This document shows, piece after piece, positions 1-9,376 of a DNA stretch of 56,320 bases. The position numbers and the translations under genes are program-made. The notes below the pieces were generated by a model that saw only the letters and a list, made by a program, of their open reading frames with translations, had not been told where the DNA came from and ran no database searches. How positions within the stretch are numbered: position 1 is the first letter of the stretch; every line of letters starts with the position of its first letter. The stretch comes from Planctomycetota bacterium (GTDB taxonomy: Bacteria > Planctomycetota > MHYJ01 > WSZJ01), in assembly GCA_038060895.1 (NCBI GenBank), contig JBBTCT010000032.1, forward strand, positions 1 through 56,320, written 5' to 3'.

Positions 1-125
1 GGGGGCTCTTCCGATCTCAAAAGGACGCGCGCCCCCCGACCCGCGACTTTTTTCAAGCCACCACTCGAAATGCGCGACGGCCAACAGCCTTACTGGAAGC
101 TGGACCGGGGCGCCCACTCGCGCGA

Positions 126-207
126 TGCGGGGGGAGGGACTCGAACCCTCACGTCTTGCGACACTGGCTCCTAAGACCAGCGCGTCTGCCAATTCCGCCA
201 CCCCCGC
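126..207 (-). tRNA. tRNA-Leu (anticodon TAG)
   Basis: Reverse complement GCGGGGGTGGCGGAATTGGCAGACGCGCTGGTCT-TAG-GAGCCAGTGTCGCAAGACGTGAGGGTTCGAGTCCCTCCCCCCGCA gives a cloverleaf with a long variable arm and a GTTCGAG T-loop. CCA is not encoded. Confidence 0.95.
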
Positions 208-322
208 GCCCGGAGAGGGGCGGAACGGCCAGGAGTTTACGACAGGCCGGCGGTGGCAGACAGCCGGAGTTCCACGGCATCAGGCTTTGGACCCCGGGCC
301 GCTTCTGCAATAGAATGTCTCC

Positions 323-748
323 ATGCAGCTCAGCCGCGCCGTTGAATATGGGGTCAGGGCCATGCAATACCTCGCTTCGCGCGACTCCATGTGCCACGTC
401 GATGAGATCTCCGAAAAAATGGGAATCCCGCAATCCTTCCTCCGCAAGATCCTCCAGCGCCTCGTCACCGCCCGGATCGTCCTCTCGCATCGCGGCTTCG
501 CGGGCGGCTTTTCCCTGGCCCGTTCCGCCGACGACATCAACCTGCTGGAGATCATGGAAGCGGTGGACGGCCAGCTCTTCTTTAACCCCTGCCTCAAGCC
601 CGAACCTTCGGAAAGCGCCTGCATGCTCGACCACAATTGTTCCCTCCAGCGTGCGTGGTCCATCGCGCAGATCGCGTTCAAACAGGCCCTCTCCTCCCGC
701 ACGCTCCGCTCGCTGACGACGGTCGAAGTCCCGACCGCGATCCGGTAG
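323..748 (+). CDS. Rrf2-family (IscR/NsrR-like) transcriptional regulator
   Basis: wHTH N-terminus, S-x-RG-xx-GGFSLAR motif, LLEIMEAVDG and three C-terminal Cys (C-x9-C-x5-C) typical of Fe-S-binding Rrf2 proteins. Confidence 0.9.
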   Translation: MQLSRAVEYGVRAMQYLASRDSMCHVDEISEKMGIPQSFLRKILQRLVTARIVLSHRGFAGGFSLARSADDINLLEIMEAVDGQLFFNPCLKPEPSESACMLDHNCSLQRAWSIAQIAFKQALSSRTLRSLTTVEVPTAIR

Positions 749-755
749 CCGGGGA

Positions 756-2102
756 ATGGACGCGTTCGAGCGCGCTGTGCTTGCAGAAGTGAAGCGACTC
801 GGACTCACGCGCGGCGAAGAGATTCTCGTCGCGTTTTCCGGCGGGCCGGACTCGACCGCGCTGCTCGCTGCCCTCGCCGCCTGCGGGAGATTCCGCGTCG
901 CGGCGCTTCATGTGAACCACGGCCTCCGGGGCAAAGAAGCGGATCGCGACGAAGCCATGGCCGCCTCAACGGCCATGAAGCTAGGTGTCCGCTACTCTTC
1001 TGCGCCTGCGACCGTGACGCGCCGGGCGGGAGAATCGATCGAGGAGGCGGCGCGGCGGACTCGCGAGGAGGCGTTTGCCGCTGCGGGAGTGGCGGTCGTC
1101 GCGACAGGGCACACGCTCGATGACCAGGCCGAAACCGTGCTCTACCGCGCTGCGCGCGGGGCCGGCCCTCGCGGCCTGCGGGGCATTCTGCCGTCACGCC
1201 ACCTCGCGCCGGGCGTCCGCCTCCTGCGCCCCCTCCTCGGGCGGCGCCGCGCGGAAGTCCTGGCTTACCTCCGACGCCGGGGCCTGGAATTCGCCACCGA
1301 CTCAACCAATGCTGACCCGCGCTTCGCACGAAACCGAATCCGGCGCGACGTGCTCCCCTCCCTGGAGATGTCGCGCCCCGGGGCGGCGCGTCATCTTGCG
1401 GCGCTCGCCCGCGAATCCGCGGACCTCGACGCGTGGATCACGCGCGAGGCGGAGGCCGCGTTCCGCCGCCTCAACCTTCCTGAGGGCCTCGACGCCGCCG
1501 GGCTCGCCGCACTGCCGGCAGCGCTTCGCCACGCCGTGGTCGCCCTGGCGGCACCCGGGGCCGGCCCGCTTCGCGCCGCGCACCGCGCGTCGCTCGACCG
1601 GCTCTTCGTTTCCCCTCCCCGCCGCCTCGCCCTGCTGGGCCGGGGCTGGTTCGCGAATCTGAGGTCCGGCGTCCTGCGCCTCGTCCCGCCGGCGCGCGCC
1701 GCCGACGCCGACACGGTGCTCCCGGTGCCCGGCGAGTGCGAGCTGGCGAGCTCGGGAAAGCGCCTGTCGGCCCGGGTTGAGGCCGCGGGCACCGGGTTTC
1801 TCGACCGGTTCCTGGCCATGAAGACGCGCGGTGAAGAGGCGCTGGACGCATCGGCGGTCCGCGGTCCGCTGGTCGCCGGCCCTCCGCGCCGCGGCGAGCG
1901 CATGCACCCGCTCGGTGCGCCCGGGTCGCGCAAGATTGCTGACATCCTGACAGACCTGGGCGTGCCGCGGTCACGGCGCGCGGAGGAACTGGTTGTGCGC
2001 GATGCGCGCGGGGCGGTCGTCTGGCTCGTCGGCCGGCGCGTTGCGGAGCACGCGCGCGTCACGGGCAAGACGCGGCGCGTCCTCCTCGTTTCGGCACGCT
2101 GA
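756..2102 (+). CDS. tilS: tRNA(Ile)-lysidine synthetase
   Basis: PP-loop SGGPDS, HVNHGLR, TGHTLDDQAET, RPLL, D-x-TN...RNRIR and a TilS C-terminal domain. Confidence 0.93.
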   Translation: MDAFERAVLAEVKRLGLTRGEEILVAFSGGPDSTALLAALAACGRFRVAALHVNHGLRGKEADRDEAMAASTAMKLGVRYSSAPATVTRRAGESIEEAARRTREEAFAAAGVAVVATGHTLDDQAETVLYRAARGAGPRGLRGILPSRHLAPGVRLLRPLLGRRRAEVLAYLRRRGLEFATDSTNADPRFARNRIRRDVLPSLEMSRPGAARHLAALARESADLDAWITREAEAAFRRLNLPEGLDAAGLAALPAALRHAVVALAAPGAGPLRAAHRASLDRLFVSPPRRLALLGRGWFANLRSGVLRLVPPARAADADTVLPVPGECELASSGKRLSARVEAAGTGFLDRFLAMKTRGEEALDASAVRGPLVAGPPRRGERMHPLGAPGSRKIADILTDLGVPRSRRAEELVVRDARGAVVWLVGRRVAEHARVTGKTRRVLLVSAR

Positions 2103-2867
2103 CTACTTGTAGGGCTCCAGCTTCGCCCGCCTCGCCCGCGCCCACTCCACGTTCTTCGCGTTCGCGTCATGCGCGATGACGTCCGTGTAACGCTCGTACG
2201 CCTCCTTGTACCGCCCCAGCTTGTCCACGATCTGCGCTGCGAAAATCCGCGAATCCCCGCTGTTGTCCGGGTCCAGTTCCTTCACCTTGTCGTAGGCCTT
2301 CACCGCGTCCTCGTAACGCCTCACGTACCCGTCGTTGTAGCACCGGCCGATGTTGTACCAGGCATCAACCACCCGGTCTGAGTCCGGGTACTTCTCCACA
2401 ATCTCCCGTAGCTTCTCCACCGCCACCCCCAGGTTGGCCCCCCGCTTGATCGGGTTCACCGTGGACATGTACAGCTTCGCCTGCTCGAACAGCTCGTTCG
2501 CCTCCTTGATGCTCTTCCCCCCCGCCCTCGGTCCTCCCACCACCGCGCCGCCCGTCATCCCGCCCCCCTCGTCCGCACGCAGCCCCGCTTCTTCAATGCC
2601 GCGAATCAGCGTCGCTATCTCCGTCGCGCGCTGCTCCTGCCCTGCGTCCAGGTAGGCCCTTCTCAGCGATTCGAGCGAAGCGAGAAACTCGCGCCGTTTG
2701 TCTTCGGCTGCCTTGACGGCGTCGTCGAGTTTCCTGTTTGAAGCGGCCCTGGCGGCGCCGCACTTCGGGCAGAAATTCGCATCGGCGGTGACGTCCGTGC
2801 CGCACGAGGCGCAAGGGTCGGCAAAGGCGAATGCGGACGCGAGGAGAAGAGCGGCGAGAGTGCGCAT
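2103..2867 (-). CDS. Exported zinc-ribbon + coiled-coil + TPR protein
   Basis: Start chosen at ATG 2867 (MRTLAALLLASAFAFA, a signal peptide). CASC...FCPKCG ribbon and C-terminal TPRs (KYPDS..AWYNIG). Confidence 0.75.
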   Translation of the reverse strand: MRTLAALLLASAFAFADPCASCGTDVTADANFCPKCGAARAASNRKLDDAVKAAEDKRREFLASLESLRRAYLDAGQEQRATEIATLIRGIEEAGLRADEGGGMTGGAVVGGPRAGGKSIKEANELFEQAKLYMSTVNPIKRGANLGVAVEKLREIVEKYPDSDRVVDAWYNIGRCYNDGYVRRYEDAVKAYDKVKELDPDNSGDSRIFAAQIVDKLGRYKEAYERYTDVIAHDANAKNVEWARARRAKLEPYK

Positions 2868-2911
2868 GGGGGATCCCTGGCGATGTGGGTAAAGGCCGAT
2901 TGTAACCTCTG

Positions 2912-4999
2912 CTACCAGCGCGCCCGCGGCGCGGAGACCCTCGGCTCCCGATGCTGCCACGCATTCCCCTGGGCGCCGATGAGAAGAATGGTGCCGACGA
3001 GGCAGAACGCTCCCCAGAAGCCGATGGAGCGCCCCCGTTCGGCGGCCCGCTCGACGAGGACGGGTTCCGTGCCGACCGCCTTCGAAGTCTGGCTCATCTT
3101 GTAGAGGAGACGGAAGAGGCCGAAGAGGTAGACGGCCTGGAACACGAGGTTGTCGGCGAGTCCCAGGGCAAAGAGGACGCCGGCGAACGCGGCCCCGAGG
3201 ACCAGCTGGAAGACCGGGAAGCCATCGGACACCTGGAGCCTCACGGGAACCACCGCCGTTCCGCCATTGCCCGAGACGGTGATGGGCACTTCGACGTGAT
3301 CCCCACCCCCGGTCGAAGCACGCAGTTTTGCGACATCGACGGTGAAGGCGAGGCGATAGCGGCGATTCACGGCGAGCGGGAATGTCTCGTGGAAACGGAC
3401 GCAACCGAACGGGGCGATCGCCTCCACCGAAAGCGGCGCGTCTCCGTCGTTGGCCACGTGCAGGTGCCCTTCCGCGGTGCGCGCGGTCGCGGCAACGTAG
3501 AGCCGCTTCTCCTCAACTCGCATTTTCGCCGGCTGCGGAACGACGCGCATCGTGACGGGAACCTGGACTTCGCCGCCGTTGGAGCGGAACGAGAGCTTGG
3601 CGCCGTGGGTCTCGCCCGGTTTGAGCTTGTCGGAGTCGGCGAGGAGGTCGACGGGGACGTCGTCGCCCTGGAAGTGCGGGCTGAGGACCTTCAACCACGG
3701 CTGGTCGGAGGACGCCGTGCCGCTGAGCCAGCCGCGGCCCAGGTTGTTGACGAAAACGCGTGTCCGGCGCGAGAGGCCGCGGGGAACGTCGTCGAATTCG
3801 AGGCGCTCGACGTCGAGTTCGATTCTCGGGCGCGAGACGCGTCCCGTCGTCTGGAGGAAGCCCTCGAGGCCGACGTTCCGGTCGGGGATCGACTCGCGAA
3901 TTTCCATCGCCTTGCGCGACAGGTCCTTTTCCCCGACGCGCCGGAGCCACGACTCGATGTCGCCCGAGTAGAGATGATGTTTCGCGTCCTCCCAGTTCGC
4001 GTCCGCGGCGTTCGCCAGTTCCTGGATCGTTGCGGCCTCGGCTCCGCCCCGGAACGTGAAGATTCCCATGGGGGCCAGCTGGGCGAGGGGCACGGGTTCG
4101 AATCCCGATCGTTCGGCGGGCAGGAGCCGGGCGACGTGGGACATCGGACGGCCTTCGACGGCGGCGACGAGGTCCTCGAGGACTTCGCGGGCGGAAGCGA
4201 ACCGTTCGCGCGGGTCCGGGAGGAGGCACCCGCGGACGATGAGGTCGATTTCGGCGGGAACGTCGTTGCGCAGCTGCGCCGGGTACCTGAAGGCGCCGAC
4301 GGGGATGTCGCCGGCGAGCATCTCGTAGAGGACGATGCCGAGGGAATAGACATCCGCGCGCGGGTCTGCCACGGCACCGCCTCGGCGCTGCTCCGGCGCC
4401 ATGTACTCGATCGTCCCGGTGATCGCCTGCCCGGCCTGGGTCTTGGCGATTCCGGAGAGGTACATCGTGTGCGTGACCGCGCGCGCAACGGAGCCGAGTC
4501 CGAAGTCCGAAATTTTCACGCGATAGACGCCACCGAGAGTCTGATGAAGAGCAGCCCGGTCGCAGGCGGCCGGGCCCGCGAGGGAGAGCAGGATGTTCTC
4601 GGGCTTGAGATCGCGGTGCGTCACTCCCCTGTCGTGCGCGTACGCCAGCGCTTCGAGAATCTGGATCGCAATGTCCGCCGCTTCCCGGAACGCCAGGCGG
4701 CCCTTTTCGCGAAGAAGTGCGCGAAGCGCCTTGCCCTCGACGTACTCCATGACGAAGTAGGGAGGCTGGGCGTTGGGGTCGAGCCCGAGGGTCCGGACGA
4801 TGTGGGGGTGCTGGAGGTCGTGCTGGATGACTCCCTCGTTGCGGAGGAAGTCGACGTAGGTGGTGTCGGTCGGGATTTTCACGGCGACGGCATCCGCGGC
4901 GAAGATGTGATGGTTCGCCTTCCAGACTTCGCCAAAGCCGCCCTCGCCGCACTTTTCGGTGAGGATGTATTCGCTGATCCGATCGCCAATTCTGGGCAT
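2912..4999 (-). CDS. Hanks-type Ser/Thr protein kinase with BACON/Ig-like domain(s) and C-terminal TM helices
   Basis: GEGGFG, VAVK, HRDLKPEN, DFG, GT..YMAPE, DVYSLG. SDQPWLKV and SNGG beta motifs, with hydrophobic C-terminal segments. Start at ATG 4999 (MPRIGD). Confidence 0.9.
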   Translation of the reverse strand: MPRIGDRISEYILTEKCGEGGFGEVWKANHHIFAADAVAVKIPTDTTYVDFLRNEGVIQHDLQHPHIVRTLGLDPNAQPPYFVMEYVEGKALRALLREKGRLAFREAADIAIQILEALAYAHDRGVTHRDLKPENILLSLAGPAACDRAALHQTLGGVYRVKISDFGLGSVARAVTHTMYLSGIAKTQAGQAITGTIEYMAPEQRRGGAVADPRADVYSLGIVLYEMLAGDIPVGAFRYPAQLRNDVPAEIDLIVRGCLLPDPRERFASAREVLEDLVAAVEGRPMSHVARLLPAERSGFEPVPLAQLAPMGIFTFRGGAEAATIQELANAADANWEDAKHHLYSGDIESWLRRVGEKDLSRKAMEIRESIPDRNVGLEGFLQTTGRVSRPRIELDVERLEFDDVPRGLSRRTRVFVNNLGRGWLSGTASSDQPWLKVLSPHFQGDDVPVDLLADSDKLKPGETHGAKLSFRSNGGEVQVPVTMRVVPQPAKMRVEEKRLYVAATARTAEGHLHVANDGDAPLSVEAIAPFGCVRFHETFPLAVNRRYRLAFTVDVAKLRASTGGGDHVEVPITVSGNGGTAVVPVRLQVSDGFPVFQLVLGAAFAGVLFALGLADNLVFQAVYLFGLFRLLYKMSQTSKAVGTEPVLVERAAERGRSIGFWGAFCLVGTILLIGAQGNAWQHREPRVSAPRARW

Positions 5000-5488
5000 G
5001 AGTAGCCCCCCCAAGGTTGGGCCGCATTCCTGCACGCGGCCTGCACAACTGTCCGGAAATTCCGGCCCTCGACCGTGACGCCTGATTGAATAAGCGCGTT
5101 CAGGGGCAAAAGGTTAGGGAAAATCCGGCGTAAATCGGAAGTGAAGCTGGTCCTGTTCCAGAGCAAACGTCAGGCCCGAAGCCAAGCCTACTGCAAATGC
5201 ATAAAAATTATAAACCACAGCGCCGAAAAGTCAATTGTATCGACGCGAATGGACGCCGAACTTGAGGATTTCGGGTGGCGACTCGTTGGCCATTCGGGGC
5301 GGAATGCCCCGAAGACCGTACCGACATGCAACTCAAGTACTGCTCGTGAGTTGCGTCAACCGCCGTTTTCGGTGAGGCAGGCTGCCCCATTTGAGCCCGA
5401 AAATCTCCCCTTCCCGACGCTCGCCCCTGCGAGCCACAACCCACGATGCGCCTTGATCTTGCATACATTCCGAACATTTCACTTCCAT

Positions 5489-5504
5489 CGGCACTCCCCT
5501 TGCG
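5489..5504 (+). promoter_or_regulatory. Putative sigma-54 (-24/-12) promoter
   Basis: CGGCACT-CCCC-TTGC has the GG-N10-GC spacing of TGGCACG-N4-TTGC and ends about 58 bp upstream of the exbB start codon. Confidence 0.5.
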
Positions 5505-5561
5505 ATTGCAAGCCTCGACCACCATTCCCGCCCTACACCCATTTCCCGGAGGAGGCTTACA

Positions 5562-6284
5562 GTGAACTGGAGGAAAGTTATCACGGTCGTCGCTCTCGTC
5601 GGCTTCATGACCATCCTCGGAGCAACGGCATTCGCGTCGGAAGAAGAAGGTGAAGTCCAGAAGAAGTCCTGGTTCGACCTCTTCAAGACCACCGGACTTG
5701 TCGGCATCATGCTCGTCGGCGTCTCGATCACCGGCACGGCCCTGACCATCCAGTACGCCGTCAACCTCCGCCAGGAAAAACTCGGCCCTCCGCACCTGAT
5801 CTCGGAGCTTGAAACCCTGCTCGCCGAAAAGAACTTCGAGCAGGCCCTCTCCGTCTGCGACGCCGACCGTTCCTACCTCGCCCGCATCGTCGCCGGCGCC
5901 GTCGTACGCGGCGAAGCCGGATACGAAGAAATGAAGAAGGGCATGGAGGAGTCGATCGCCGAAGAAGCCTTCCGCCTCAACGCGAAGATCTCCTATCTGG
6001 CGCTGATCGGAAACATCGCGCCGCTGCTCGGCCTGCTCGGCACCGTGACGGGCATGGTGACCTCCTTCCAGAAGATCGAGCAGATGAAGTCGCCCACGCC
6101 CGCCGACCTCGCGACCGGCGTGTATGAGTCGCTGGTGAACACCACGATGGGCCTCTTCGCCGCCATCGTCTTCCTCACCATCGCGTTCTTCTTCAAGAAC
6201 AAGATCTCCGGCACGACGCTGTCTCTCAACACGATCGCCGGCGAACTGCTGTCGCGCTCGGTGATGGAGACCCCGCCGCAGTAG
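5562..6284 (+). CDS. exbB: MotA/TolQ/ExbB proton-channel protein
   Basis: IGNIAPLLGLLGTVTGM..SF, LATGVYESLVNTTMGL. GGAGG RBS before the GTG start. Confidence 0.93.
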   Translation: MNWRKVITVVALVGFMTILGATAFASEEEGEVQKKSWFDLFKTTGLVGIMLVGVSITGTALTIQYAVNLRQEKLGPPHLISELETLLAEKNFEQALSVCDADRSYLARIVAGAVVRGEAGYEEMKKGMEESIAEEAFRLNAKISYLALIGNIAPLLGLLGTVTGMVTSFQKIEQMKSPTPADLATGVYESLVNTTMGLFAAIVFLTIAFFFKNKISGTTLSLNTIAGELLSRSVMETPPQ

Positions 6285-6306
6285 GCCGCGGCTCTCGGAG
6301 AAAACC

Positions 6307-6873
6307 ATGGCCAAACACAGCCTCGCAAAGCCGGTCGATGTCGACGAAGCGACCGCCATCAACCTGGTGCCGATGGTCGACATCATGTTCCTGATGCTGC
6401 TCTTCTTCATGCTCGGCTCCGACATGGGCCAGCGCGAACTGGAAGAGGTCACTCTTCCGCTCGCCTCGTCCATCAAGGAGGACAAGGGTGACGCGCCGAA
6501 GGAAGGGCGGACGACGATCAACGTCTACCACGACCTGAAGCGCGGCCAGTCGTGCGCGGACTACGACAACAAGGACGCCAACGTCGTGTGCCGCAACGAT
6601 GATCACTGGAAGGTCGGTGTCAGGGGCCATGACTACAACGTCAAGGACCAGGAGCAGCGGAACAAGCTGCGCGGCCTTCTGAAGCGTGACTCCGACGAAG
6701 GCAAGGCGTCGATCGGGGACCGCGTGTCAGAACGGCTGGTGATGATCCGGGCGGACGGCAAGTCTCCCTACGGCGCCGTCCAGCACGTCATGAATCTGGC
6801 CGCGGAGTGCGGGATCTACAAGATCGAGACGGGCGCCGCCCAGCCGCAGCCGGACAACACAAAACTCAGATAA
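6307..6873 (+). CDS. exbD: ExbD/TolR family protein (type A, copy 1)
   Basis: INLVPMVDIMFLMLLFFM TM with the conserved Asp, plus IRAD...YG.V. Confidence 0.9.
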   Translation: MAKHSLAKPVDVDEATAINLVPMVDIMFLMLLFFMLGSDMGQRELEEVTLPLASSIKEDKGDAPKEGRTTINVYHDLKRGQSCADYDNKDANVVCRNDDHWKVGVRGHDYNVKDQEQRNKLRGLLKRDSDEGKASIGDRVSERLVMIRADGKSPYGAVQHVMNLAAECGIYKIETGAAQPQPDNTKLR

Positions 6874-6905
6874 CGACTTCAGATTACGTCTAAGGGAGGC
6901 CAAAC

Positions 6906-7373
6906 ATGGCAGCGCATGGCGGCTCAAGCGAAGACAACCCCGTCGCCCTCAACGTGGCGCCGATGGTCGACATCATCTTCTGCTTGTGCATCTTCTTCAT
7001 GTGCTCGTTCCACTTCAAACAGCTCGAAGGAAAGATGGAGTCGTGGCTTCCGAAGGACAAGGGCGTCTTCGGCGATCCCGTGCCGAACCCGATCCTGGAA
7101 GAAGTCCGCGTCTTCATGAAGTGGGATGCAGCGACGGGGGCGACGACGCGCAAGGTGAACGCGCAGCTCGTCAACTCGGATGAAGAGCTGGGCTCGATCC
7201 TTGTGGAGCGGATCGAGAAGTTCAAGTCGCTGAACCGTCCCGACACACCGGTGATCATCGACGCGTGGCCGGAGGTGCCGTGGAAGGACGTCATCAACGT
7301 GATGGACATCTGCAAGAAGAACAAGCTGGAAAAGGTCGAGCTGGCCGCGCCGATGCCCGGCCAGTGGAAGTAG
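6906..7373 (+). CDS. exbD: ExbD/TolR family protein (type B, copy 1)
   Basis: LNVAPMVDIIFCLCIFFM TM with Asp, plus IIDA..VPW..VI.VMD. GGAGG RBS. Confidence 0.9.
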   Translation: MAAHGGSSEDNPVALNVAPMVDIIFCLCIFFMCSFHFKQLEGKMESWLPKDKGVFGDPVPNPILEEVRVFMKWDAATGATTRKVNAQLVNSDEELGSILVERIEKFKSLNRPDTPVIIDAWPEVPWKDVINVMDICKKNKLEKVELAAPMPGQWK

Positions 7374-7437
7374 GAAACAACTGAAGCGGTCGTCCTCCGG
7401 CGCGAGCCGGGGGACGGCCCTCCCCCGGAGCGAACCC

Positions 7438-7968
7438 ATGCGGAACACAAAGATCCAGCCCGTGAGCGTCGAGGAGGCCACCGCGGTCAACCTCGTCCCC
7501 ATGGTCGACATCATGTTCCTCATGCTGCTCTTCTTCATGCTCGGCGCCGACATGGGCCAGCGCGAACTGGAAGCCGTCGAACTGCCCCAGGCCGTGAGCA
7601 TCAAGAAGGACGATGGCGACGCCCCGAAGGAAGGCCGTACCACGATCAACGTGTACCACTCGACGCGCGGCTGCCCGGACTTCAAGGACGGCGGAGTCTG
7701 CCGGAACGATGCGCACTGGCTGGTCGGGGTGCGCGGAAGCGACTTCGACGTGCGCAACGAGAAGGACCTCGGCCGGCTCCGGGCGCTTCTCGTCAGCGAC
7801 GGCGACCTCGGTCGTTCCCAGCCCGGCGGGACCTCCGAACGAGCCGTGATGATCCGCGGTGACAAGTCCGCCCCGTACGGCGTCGTGCAGTGCGTGATGC
7901 TGACCTGCGCGGAAGCCCGGATCTACAAGATCGAAAGCGGCGCGGCCGCTCCCCTCGGGACCCGGTAA
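7438..7968 (+). CDS. exbD: ExbD/TolR family protein (type A, copy 2)
   Basis: Close paralog of 6307..6873 (NLVPMVDIMFLMLLFFM, GDAPKEGRTTINVYH). Confidence 0.9.
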   Translation: MRNTKIQPVSVEEATAVNLVPMVDIMFLMLLFFMLGADMGQRELEAVELPQAVSIKKDDGDAPKEGRTTINVYHSTRGCPDFKDGGVCRNDAHWLVGVRGSDFDVRNEKDLGRLRALLVSDGDLGRSQPGGTSERAVMIRGDKSAPYGVVQCVMLTCAEARIYKIESGAAAPLGTR

Positions 7969-7983
7969 CAAGGAGAAACGGTC

Positions 7984-8433
7984 ATGGCCCACGGCTCTGC
8001 CGGCGAGGACAACCCGGTCGCCTTGAACGTCGCCCCGATGGTGGACATCATCTTCTGCCTCTGCATCTTCTTCATGTGCTCGTTCCACTTCAAGCAGCTC
8101 GAAGGCAAGCTCGAGAGCTGGCTGCCGAAGAAGGGACGCGAGGGGCGGCCCGACGTTTTTGTCCTGGAGGAAGTGCGGATCACCATGACCTGGGACGCTT
8201 CGACGCAGACTGTGATTCGCCGCATCGGCGGGCAGACGTACCCCGGCGACGCCGAGCTGGTGGGGACGATTCAGTCCAGGCTCGAGACGAAGCGCAAGTT
8301 TGAGCCCGGTGCGGCCGCCATAATCGACGCGATGCCGGACGTTCCGTGGAAGGACGTGATCAAGGTCCTCGACCTGTGCAAGTCGAGCAAAATTGAAAGC
8401 GTCGAGCTCGCCGCCCCGATGCCGGTGAAGTAA
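7984..8433 (+). CDS. exbD: ExbD/TolR family protein (type B, copy 2)
   Basis: Close paralog of 6906..7373 (EDNPVALNVAPMVDIIFCLCIFFMCSFHFKQLEGK). AGGAG RBS. Confidence 0.9.
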   Translation: MAHGSAGEDNPVALNVAPMVDIIFCLCIFFMCSFHFKQLEGKLESWLPKKGREGRPDVFVLEEVRITMTWDASTQTVIRRIGGQTYPGDAELVGTIQSRLETKRKFEPGAAAIIDAMPDVPWKDVIKVLDLCKSSKIESVELAAPMPVK

Positions 8434-8445
8434 CCGCAACCGCCC

Positions 8446-9363
8446 ATGCCCGAAACCTCCCCTGAAACCACGATGACCGAACCGAAACCGACGCCGCCGC
8501 CGGCCGCCGCGCCCCAGAAGGCTGCGCTGGAGCAGATCAAGGCGCGGTATCTGGCGGGGAGCGCGTTCTCGACGGCGTCTGAGATGAAGCGACTGTTCCT
8601 CTTCATTCTTCTGGCGCTCTGCGGGATTACGGCCGTGCTTCAGTTCCAGTGGAACAAGCTGAAGAACCAGAAGGCGATTGCGGAAGACAACGAGCGCTGG
8701 AAGAAGCGTGCGGAGGCGATGAAGGCGGGTCCGCAGCCGGGAGTTCCGGGGGGCGAGGTGAAGTGGGACAACATGTTGGCGGAGCAGAAGGACGATGCTC
8801 CGCTGGACGACATGGTTTCGGACAAGGGGTTCAAGTACCTGGTGAGGCACATTGCCAACCTCAAGCCGGGTGAGGGATTGAAGCCGGAAGAGCAGATGGA
8901 CTACGTCGATCTGCTTCAAAATCCGGCGGCGCACCGCGGAAACGTCGTAAGTCTTTCTGGGCTCTTGAATAAGGCTTTCTGGAATATTCGGCTCGAATCG
9001 AACCAGGGCCCCTACGATTCCGTTTACAGGCTCTACCTGGTAGGTCTTGGGGGGCAGGAGTCGTGCATTGTGGACGTACTGGAAAGGCCGGATGGGATCG
9101 ATGAAAGGAACGCGGTGGAAGCAGACGGAATCTTCATCCGAACGCACAAATATGAGACAATCAAGGGTCAGTCAGTGAGAGTTCCTTACTTCCTTGCACA
9201 GAGAGTAGTGAAAGTTGAGAGAACGAAAAGTCAGTCGATCTGGACTCCGGCCGTAACGATTGGTGTGGTCGCCGCCTGTGTCGTGCTGGTCGCCGTGATC
9301 CTCCTGATGGGGAGAACCGGCGGTCCGAAAACGAAAAACACCGAGGTTTCCTCTAACGCCTAG
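8446..9363 (+). CDS. Two-TM membrane protein with a probable periplasmic OB-like domain
   Basis: TM near each end. DLLQNPAAHRGNVVSLSG resembles the start of bacterial OB-folds. Co-operonic spacing. Confidence 0.65.
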   Translation: MPETSPETTMTEPKPTPPPAAAPQKAALEQIKARYLAGSAFSTASEMKRLFLFILLALCGITAVLQFQWNKLKNQKAIAEDNERWKKRAEAMKAGPQPGVPGGEVKWDNMLAEQKDDAPLDDMVSDKGFKYLVRHIANLKPGEGLKPEEQMDYVDLLQNPAAHRGNVVSLSGLLNKAFWNIRLESNQGPYDSVYRLYLVGLGGQESCIVDVLERPDGIDERNAVEADGIFIRTHKYETIKGQSVRVPYFLAQRVVKVERTKSQSIWTPAVTIGVVAACVVLVAVILLMGRTGGPKTKNTEVSSNA

Positions 9364-9376
9364 TAGGGAGCGGAAC

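Noticed and set aside
1-207. Integrative element at tRNA-Leu
   Set aside because: The tRNA 3' end faces the window edge. No integrase or duplicated tRNA 3' end was seen, so this cannot be assessed.
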